In this document: positions 57,599 through 64,000 of the stretch, one piece after another
Numbering within the stretch: the first letter of the stretch is position 1
Layout: each line of letters opens with the position of its first letter
Virus record (IMG/VR): IMGVR_UViG_3300046507_000773
Span: 162,811-226,810 of that record
Length of the DNA: 64,000 nucleotides
Direction: 5' to 3' (one strand)
The notes under the pieces: generated by a model
Databases searched by the model: none
What the model saw: the letters and a program-made list of their open reading frames with translations, nothing else
What the model was told of the DNA's origin: nothing
Program-made: the position numbers and the translations under genes

Positions 57599-58366
57599 AT
57601 GTCAACAGTGACACCTGACCCCACAGTAGTGGCTGTCATCGCGCGACTAAAAGCAGCCGTAGCACTGGCTGAAGCTTGGACGCAAGGTGACGTAGCCCTA
57701 GATGTGGTAGGTACAGCAGGCACGTACCCATCCCTAGCGAAGTTGATGAAGTCAACCCAAGACCAAATCAATGCGCTATTGACCAATCCCACTCTTCTTG
57801 GTACCGGTGGTTTCACGCCGCCCAAGGGAACAACTGCCCAGCGTGAAGCTGCCGCAGCAAAGGGGCGTGTTCGTTACAACACGACTCTTGACACAATTGA
57901 GATTTTGACGGCCAATGGTTGGCTCTCTTTACAGAACCTTGTGATCTCAACGTATCGTGGAAGTGTTGTGCCCTCCACTGGCACGACCAGGATTCCTTAC
58001 GACACGACGCCTCCGGCAGTAACGGAAGGCACGCAACTTTGGTCGGTCACAGTAGCGCCCAAGGTAATTGGCTCCATCATGTCGATTGACTTTGCAACAA
58101 TGGTCGATAATAGTAACAATGGAAATCTGTCGATGGCGATTTTCAAAGGCAATACGTTAATTGGTGTTACGGGTATTAACATTGCTGGTAACAAAGCAGC
58201 CGGCATGGCCATTAGCGTGAATGATCCAGTCACCTCTCTTACTCCTGTTACCTACAGCTGCCGATTCGGTAATACAGCCGGCACCTGGTATCAAGGTCGT
58301 GGTTCAACTACCACGTATGGCGGCGCCATTACAAATGGCTGGAAGATTGACGAGGTGCTGCCATGA
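57599..58366 (+). CDS. Short tail/fibre protein 2
   Basis: GD...V....G.YPSLAKLMK anchor; GTTAQR...G.VRYNTTL fibre motif; beta-rich tip. Confidence 0.7.
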   Translation: MSTVTPDPTVVAVIARLKAAVALAEAWTQGDVALDVVGTAGTYPSLAKLMKSTQDQINALLTNPTLLGTGGFTPPKGTTAQREAAAAKGRVRYNTTLDTIEILTANGWLSLQNLVISTYRGSVVPSTGTTRIPYDTTPPAVTEGTQLWSVTVAPKVIGSIMSIDFATMVDNSNNGNLSMAIFKGNTLIGVTGINIAGNKAAGMAISVNDPVTSLTPVTYSCRFGNTAGTWYQGRGSTTTYGGAITNGWKIDEVLP

Positions 58367-58908
58367 ACTACATTGATCTGATCGGTGAATTCTTCCCGAA
58401 CGTACAAGCGTGGTGCGAAGGCGATCCTTCGAATTACGACGACGTCCAAGTCCACGAAAATGGCGATCCGCTTCCAAGCAAGGAACAACTCGACATCATC
58501 GACTGGGCAAACCGTCAGCACCTGAAGTGGTTGGAAATCCGAAACGAGCGAGACCGTCGTTATTACCAGGGCGTTTATCTCGATGGCGTCGACGGTAATT
58601 TCTATTGGTTCTGGACCGATCTCGATACCCGCAGCAAATACGGGATGTACGACATCACAATTCGTAGCGCCAATCTTGGTCCCAACGTTGTCTTGGACAA
58701 CTGGAAAACCATGACGGGTGCTTTTACTCCCATGACGGTTCAACAGCTCTATCGTGTTATTGGAGCAGCAGTCATGAACGAGAAGGCCATCTTCAATACG
58801 GCCGAGGCAAAGAACGCCGAGATGATGTTGCTCGACGATCCGGATACCTACGACAATGTCTACGCTGGCTGGCCTACTTGCTACAGCGATACGCTTACCC
58901 AAGCGTAG
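58363..58908 (+). CDS. Tail fibre assembly chaperone-like protein (DUF4376-like)
   Basis: ATGA overlap with the fibre gene; IRNERDRR...GV...W.TD..TR...WKTM.G.F pattern. Confidence 0.65.
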   Translation: MNYIDLIGEFFPNVQAWCEGDPSNYDDVQVHENGDPLPSKEQLDIIDWANRQHLKWLEIRNERDRRYYQGVYLDGVDGNFYWFWTDLDTRSKYGMYDITIRSANLGPNVVLDNWKTMTGAFTPMTVQQLYRVIGAAVMNEKAIFNTAEAKNAEMMLLDDPDTYDNVYAGWPTCYSDTLTQA

Positions 58909-58913
58909 TAACG

Positions 58914-58942
58914 TCCCTCCCTTCGGGGAGGGCTTTATGCCG
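58914..58942 (+). terminator. Terminator with TTTATGCCG tail
   Basis: CCCTCCC-TTCG-GGGAGGG-CTTTATGCCG; same core as 56956. Confidence 0.8.
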
Positions 58943-58990
58943 ACTCTAATCTTTTGACCTATAAAAGTAATTTTTTACTGCGAGCTTGCC

Positions 58991-59530
58991 ATGAAAATTA
59001 ATCCCAATCTGTCGGGGATGGGTAACGTCTTAGGGCTGATCAACTCGGCAAATCCGGGAAAAGATTTCACCACAGCCCAAGTCTACGTCAAGAGTGTCAC
59101 TCCCCGCACGCCTGATTCCAATCCCTACAACAGCACAGCAGTCGTCAGTGGAACCACCGACGGACCGTACAAGAACGACCAGGTAGTCTTCTACAACAGG
59201 AGGCCTATCACAGAAGCCGTAGAAAGCCCTGTGGTGAGTTATCAGGTCGACGAGCTCACAACCTTGGCCGACTTAGTACAAATGGTCTCCAGGGGCCTTA
59301 AAATCGTTTCTAGCGAAGTCGAGCTTGTTGGCTTCAAAACGGAAAAGGATAGCTCGGTTAGCACGATGACCTTGCAGCCCATTGCCAATTCTCTCCTCTA
59401 CGTTGATACGTTCGATATCGTTCTCGTGTGGTCAGGAGAAGAAGTACAAGAAGCCGTCCAAGTTCTCTGGGCTGAAGACGAACTCAACAAATTGATCAAC
59501 GTAACTATGCCCAGTCGCGGTTACCTGTAA
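58991..59530 (+). CDS. Fibre-base/adaptor protein, paralog 5
   Basis: LGLINSAN...YNSTA...GPY...VFYNR. Confidence 0.65.
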   Translation: MKINPNLSGMGNVLGLINSANPGKDFTTAQVYVKSVTPRTPDSNPYNSTAVVSGTTDGPYKNDQVVFYNRRPITEAVESPVVSYQVDELTTLADLVQMVSRGLKIVSSEVELVGFKTEKDSSVSTMTLQPIANSLLYVDTFDIVLVWSGEEVQEAVQVLWAEDELNKLINVTMPSRGYL

Positions 59531-59539
59531 GGAAAAGCC

Positions 59540-62500
59540 ATGTCAATCATTTCGGATATCGTCGCAAGGCTGACTCGAAACGAGCAGCGGTTGAATGACG
59601 TCGTCAACGGAGACGATAAAACCGTCGTGCAAACCGATGGCGGGCCATTGCCTTCGCTTGCCAAGCTCATCAAGGACAAGCAAGACAAGATCGACCAATT
59701 TATTCCTTTGGTGGATCAAAAGGAAGACAAGGATCAAAAAGATGCTGAGAACGGTTACGCCGGTCTCGGTGATGATTTCATGCTGCGTGTTAAGAATGCA
59801 GCCGGTAGTGTCGCCTCGTTTATCACGAGCATCGCTACCGAAGCGCAAACGTTCATCCTCCCAGCGAAGGGTGGTACGTTTGCAATGACGAGCGACCTGC
59901 ATGACCCTGAAACAAAAGAAGGCATCCTGGAAAAACTGGGTGCGGATAAAGTCACCGGCTCGAACACTGGTGACCAGAGCCTGGAATCTTTGGGTGCACA
60001 ACCCAAGCTGGGCTACCCTCCTCTGGACGCGCGCCTTGCCGATATGCCAGGGGGCTTCCCTGTTCTGGATGAAGATGCAAAACTTCCTGTAAAGTACATC
60101 CCGGACACGACCAAGTCGATCCTCGAATACCCGACCATCGATGACTTCCCGGCTACCGGTCTGGAAGAAAAGTTCTATCTGGACAAGTCGACCAAGAAGG
60201 CGTACTTCTGGGACGGCAGTGCTTACCAGACCGTCGGTACTTCGACGGGCGACACGGACTCGATCGTCGAGGGTGACACCAACCTCTTCTTCACCGGTCA
60301 GCGTGTTCTCGATACGGTCCTGCAAGGCTTTAACCTGGTGGTCAACGGGTTCGTGACGGGTGCAGACTCGGTCATGACGGCAATTGCCAAGTTGCAGCTC
60401 CAAATCAACAACCTCACCACTTCGGACAACCTCAAAGCCCCGAAGGCCAATCCGACTTTCACGGGTAACGTGAATGTGCCGGATACCGATACGTCGGTCA
60501 GCGGCAACAACGCTGTCAACACGCGTTCGCTTAATCAGCGAGTCAGTGACTACGACACCGGTATCCAGATTGCGATGGGGCTGAAAGAAAACGTCATCAA
60601 CAAGGCAAGTAACTTCGCCACGGTGAACAACATCCTGTACCCGACGATCCAGGCTGTAAAGGCTTACGTCGACTCCCTCATCGTCGCCGTCTTGAAAGAT
60701 TGCGGCAGCTGGGACGCTAGCGGAAACGTGTTCCCGACAACGGGTGGCACTGGTGCAGGCGGCGCGATCCTCAAGGGTAACTTCTGGTACGTGAGTGTGG
60801 CTGGTATTTTGGCTGGTGGTCCTGTCAACGTGGGTGACTCGTTCCGTGCTCTCGTGGATAACCCTGGTCAAGATCCTGCGAAGTGGGATGTGCTCGAATC
60901 GAACATCGGTTACGTGCCGCTTAACAAAGCAGGTGACTCGATCGGCTTCCTGACTGTGCTGGGACAATTCATCGCCAATTCAGCGGCCACCTTCAAGGGT
61001 TTCGTTACCTTGAGCGGTACAGCAGGAGACAGCGGCGGTTATATCAAGATGAGCCGCCCTGGTTATCCACAGTGGATGCTGGAAGACTTGAACCAGCCAG
61101 TCGACCAGCGCATTTGGGGTAACTGGGTCAACCCGGATGGCACGCTCATCATGGGAACGCAAACCAATGCCGGTGTAGGCACCGCAGCTATGATTCTGGC
61201 GCGTTCTGGAAGTGGTGGTCGTCACATCGCTTACGCCCGAGGTCTTACGCTGAAGAACCCGATTGCCAACGTCGATGTCGACTTTGCTCTCGATGGTCAA
61301 GCTGGCTGGGGTCGTTACATCTCGTTCCATACGAGCGGCAAACCGCGCTGGTTCCTTGGCGCTAGTTCGGCAGCAGAAGGCGGCGCTAACGCAGGCAGCT
61401 ACTTCGAACTGTACCGCTACGACGATAACGGCAACTACATCGATTGCGTGATGTCGTTCTCGCGTTCGACTGGTCGTGCCACGTTCACTCTGGCTCCCTC
61501 GATCCCGACGGTGTCCAACGGTGACAACACGAATGCTGCAGCATCGACGCAGTGGGTACAGAACCAAAAGGGTATCGCTAACGGTCTGGCTCCTTTGGGT
61601 TCCGACTCGAAAATCGCTGCCATCTATCTGCCCAGCTACGTCGACGATGTGGTTGAAGCGGCTACAAAAGCAGCACTGCCTGCCACGGGTGAAACCGGCA
61701 AGATCTACGTTGTGTTCGCCGATGAAACGAATGGCGGCAAAACGTGGCAATACCGCTGGGGTGGTACGACGTACGTCTCGATCATCCCAAGTCCCGGTAC
61801 GACTGACAGCGTGGCTGAAGGTGCAGGTAACCTTTACTTCACGCAGAGCCGCGTACTGAACACGTTGCTGGCTGGTCTTAACGCTGGTCTCAGCGGCGCA
61901 GTTGCTGCAAGCGATACCGTGCTGCAAGCCTTCGGCAAGATCCAAAACACCTTGGCGGCATTGCAGGCAGTCGATGCGACCAAGGTCAATGTGCAAAATG
62001 CCACGATGACTGGCACCGTATCGATGAATACCACAGCGGTGAACATGGCATCCGATAGCGTCCCGGACAACATGCTCGTCGGTATCAGTGGTCAGGCTAA
62101 CTCCTATCGTTACATTCAGTGGCGTACGCTGGGAGTGAATCGCTGGTCGCTCGGTACCATTGCAGCGGCAGGTGAATCGGGTTCGAACGCTGGCAGTGAC
62201 TTTGCCATGTACAACTACGCCGATAATGGTTCCTTCCTCGGCACGGTGTTCACGATCGCTCGCGCCACGGGCATCATGTCGTTCGGTCAGGCACCGATCG
62301 TGGGTACCGTGCCTAGCACGGATGTCAGCGGCAAAGCTGTCTCGACACAGTGGATCTCGAACGTTCGTGGTTCGCCTAATGGATTGGCTCCTCTGGGCGC
62401 TGACTCCAAGGTGCCTGCTGCTTACCTGCCAAGCTACGTGGACGACGTGTTGGAATACGCTACGTACGCTGCTCTGCCAGGCGTTGGTGAAACCGGAAAG

Positions 62501-63109
62501 ATCTACGTGGTCATTTCGGATGCCAATAACGGTAACAAGACCTGGCAGTATCGTTGGACGGGTAGCTCCTACGCGGCGATCACGCCGAGTCCTGGTACGA
62601 CGGATGCGGTTCCGGAAGGCGCAACCAACCTGTACTTCACCAACAACCGAGCAGTCAATGCACCGGTGTCGAACTCACAAGGTGGCGTTCGTGCCAAAGT
62701 AGCAGATGGCGATGCGCTCAATACGGCCGTCGCCAAACTGCAGGCCAACCTCAACAAGTTGATCTACGACATCTCCGGCGGTTTCTCCGGTAAGGTAACG
62801 GCAGGTGACAAGACGTACATCCACGTCACGGCACGTTCTGTTATCTTTAGTGAGGCCCTGGGTGCAACTACCCAGGCGTACGCAGCCGTTGCTCCAACTG
62901 GCTCGGTCACGTTCACGATCTACGCTGGTACGACGGCTACCGTTCTCGGAACGATTACGTTCGCAGCTGGACAGACCGTGGGTGTTCCGTCAATGAATGC
63001 TTCGAGCATCAATCCTGGTGTTCCTATCTTCATCACGGCGCCTGCTGCAGCCGATGCAACGATCGCAGATGTGATCATTACGATTCCTGCCTACACGGCT
63101 AACTCGTAA
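59540..63109 (+). CDS. Long tail/fibre protein 3 with internal repeats
   Basis: NGDDKTVV...PSLAKL anchor, three LPSYVDDV-type modules, C-domain similar to fibre 1. Confidence 0.8.
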   Translation: MSIISDIVARLTRNEQRLNDVVNGDDKTVVQTDGGPLPSLAKLIKDKQDKIDQFIPLVDQKEDKDQKDAENGYAGLGDDFMLRVKNAAGSVASFITSIATEAQTFILPAKGGTFAMTSDLHDPETKEGILEKLGADKVTGSNTGDQSLESLGAQPKLGYPPLDARLADMPGGFPVLDEDAKLPVKYIPDTTKSILEYPTIDDFPATGLEEKFYLDKSTKKAYFWDGSAYQTVGTSTGDTDSIVEGDTNLFFTGQRVLDTVLQGFNLVVNGFVTGADSVMTAIAKLQLQINNLTTSDNLKAPKANPTFTGNVNVPDTDTSVSGNNAVNTRSLNQRVSDYDTGIQIAMGLKENVINKASNFATVNNILYPTIQAVKAYVDSLIVAVLKDCGSWDASGNVFPTTGGTGAGGAILKGNFWYVSVAGILAGGPVNVGDSFRALVDNPGQDPAKWDVLESNIGYVPLNKAGDSIGFLTVLGQFIANSAATFKGFVTLSGTAGDSGGYIKMSRPGYPQWMLEDLNQPVDQRIWGNWVNPDGTLIMGTQTNAGVGTAAMILARSGSGGRHIAYARGLTLKNPIANVDVDFALDGQAGWGRYISFHTSGKPRWFLGASSAAEGGANAGSYFELYRYDDNGNYIDCVMSFSRSTGRATFTLAPSIPTVSNGDNTNAAASTQWVQNQKGIANGLAPLGSDSKIAAIYLPSYVDDVVEAATKAALPATGETGKIYVVFADETNGGKTWQYRWGGTTYVSIIPSPGTTDSVAEGAGNLYFTQSRVLNTLLAGLNAGLSGAVAASDTVLQAFGKIQNTLAALQAVDATKVNVQNATMTGTVSMNTTAVNMASDSVPDNMLVGISGQANSYRYIQWRTLGVNRWSLGTIAAAGESGSNAGSDFAMYNYADNGSFLGTVFTIARATGIMSFGQAPIVGTVPSTDVSGKAVSTQWISNVRGSPNGLAPLGADSKVPAAYLPSYVDDVLEYATYAALPGVGETGKIYVVISDANNGNKTWQYRWTGSSYAAITPSPGTTDAVPEGATNLYFTNNRAVNAPVSNSQGGVRAKVADGDALNTAVAKLQANLNKLIYDISGGFSGKVTAGDKTYIHVTARSVIFSEALGATTQAYAAVAPTGSVTFTIYAGTTATVLGTITFAAGQTVGVPSMNASSINPGVPIFITAPAAADATIADVIITIPAYTANS

Positions 63110-63138
63110 AGAGAGGGGCTTCGGCCCCTCTCTTTTTT
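63110..63138 (+). terminator. Terminator
   Basis: AGAGAGGGGC-TTCG-GCCCCTCTCT plus T tract. Confidence 0.85.
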
Positions 63139-63152
63139 ATTTCAGGATTTTT

Positions 63153-64000
63153 ATGCCACTCATGCGCTCTGCGGTAAGACGAAAGCCGTCCCGTCCCACA
63201 ATCCTTGGGGAAAGTTTTCAAGGCGGATTCTGGGGCGGTGACATTACCTTTGGCGGTGACACTTACGCCATCATTGTAGCACCTAAGGCTGTCGGAGAAA
63301 AGACAGCAACCAAACTTGTCGGTCAAGCGGTCAACACCCCAGGCGCCGCTTCTTTCACCGACGCAGTCGCTAACACCACTTATCTTGCGTCTCTCACCAG
63401 TACAAGCGCGAGTGCAGCTGCAGCTTTCGTAAAGGGGCTTAACGTAGGTGGGTTTAACGATTGGCAAATTCCTTCCAAAAATGTCTTGGAGGCTTTGCAA
63501 ACAAAACTCCGTCCAAACGGAGCAAGTACACCTGCGATTTACAAGACAGGTGGCAGTGAGGCATTCGCTACGAATGTGTATTACTGGTCGTCCACAACGT
63601 ACGACTGGAGTCAGCAAGGAAGTTATACGACAGGCGGTGATCCGATTTACGGAGAAAGCACTTCTACCACAAGCGAAAACCATTCGTTCAACTATGGTCC
63701 CACCGGTGAATCGGTTGACTACAGTGGCTACATTACCTGTGGTTCGGATGATGGGCCTTACAATGTGAGTGGGCCAAACTTTAGTCCATCTGGCAATAAC
63801 ATCGGCGACGATAGGATCGGTTACTACAGTGCTAGCTGGACCTGTCGAGTCACTAAAACAACAACCACCGTGGTTGGTTACACGCCAACGGAAACCCATT
63901 ATTACACGGATTACTACTACCAAGCGTATTCGGTGAACTTTGCCGGAAACGGATCTGTTGTTCAAGACAAAATCACAGCGCTTAACATTCGGGCCGTTCG
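63153..64000 (+). CDS. C-type-lectin-fold (DUF1566/Lcl-like) protein, runs off the window end; absent from the ORF track
   Basis: Hand translation MPLMRS...FQGGFWGG...YAIIVAPK...GGFNDWQIPS...YYWSSTT...AYSVNF...NIRAV with no stop before the end. Confidence 0.75.
   Translation, partial: MPLMRSAVRRKPSRPTILGESFQGGFWGGDITFGGDTYAIIVAPKAVGEKTATKLVGQAVNTPGAASFTDAVANTTYLASLTSTSASAAAAFVKGLNVGGFNDWQIPSKNVLEALQTKLRPNGASTPAIYKTGGSEAFATNVYYWSSTTYDWSQQGSYTTGGDPIYGESTSTTSENHSFNYGPTGESVDYSGYITCGSDDGPYNVSGPNFSPSGNNIGDDRIGYYSASWTCRVTKTTTTVVGYTPTETHYYTDYYYQAYSVNFAGNGSVVQDKITALNIRAV

Noticed and set aside
63099-63965. ORF-track calls 63099-63965 (-) and 63448-63768 (+)
   Set aside because: They overlap the motif-bearing + strand gene from 63153, which the track missed because it has no stop in the window
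50302-64000. Diversity-generating retroelement or shufflon
   Set aside because: No reverse transcriptase, adenine-specific TR/VR pair, recombinase or inverted cassettes seen; one could still lie beyond the window
1-64000. tRNA/rRNA genes, stop-codon recoding, and a specific host or phage name
   Set aside because: No cloverleaf recognised; genes are intact in the standard code; host and name cannot be fixed without a database search

Overview
64 kb of a nucleus-forming, phiKZ-like jumbo phage (Chimalliviridae), colinear with roughly phiKZ gp54-gp101. The phiKZ gene numbers are assigned from motifs and recalled synteny, not from database searches. The window opens in the 3' end of chimallin (nuclear shell). 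The nucleus/transcription block follows: non-virion RNAP subunits (gp55, gp68, gp71-73 and gp74 equivalents, all intron-free), SbcD-like nuclease, ChmC, PicA/Imp1, a gp70-like protein and an SF2 helicase. Next come a small accessory island with a DarG-like macrodomain, a virion RNAP beta' fragment, a thermonuclease, the exonuclease/motif-A part of a split family B DNA polymerase, and the head, ejection, baseplate and neck block. From about 47 kb is an accessory fibre locus: five paralogous fibre-base or pilin-like subunits, three fibre genes with a shared N-terminal anchor, a tandem array of nine lectin-fold genes (eight LamG, one SPRY) plus a 30-aa remnant that all share an N-terminal MS(S/N)NxI peptide, and a C-type-lectin-fold (DUF1566-like) gene running off the end. 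Most notable: (1) the putative interchangeable fibre-tip array; (2) a candidate programmed -1 frameshift fusing the gp77- and gp76-like genes, as in tail chaperones; (3) FG-rich tails and a shared C-terminal Phe in nucleus-associated proteins; (4) an SSB-like DDDIPF tail on ChmC; (5) a probable ATC start for the catalytic nvRNAP subunit. No tRNA, rRNA, CRISPR array, reverse transcriptase or transposon was recognised.
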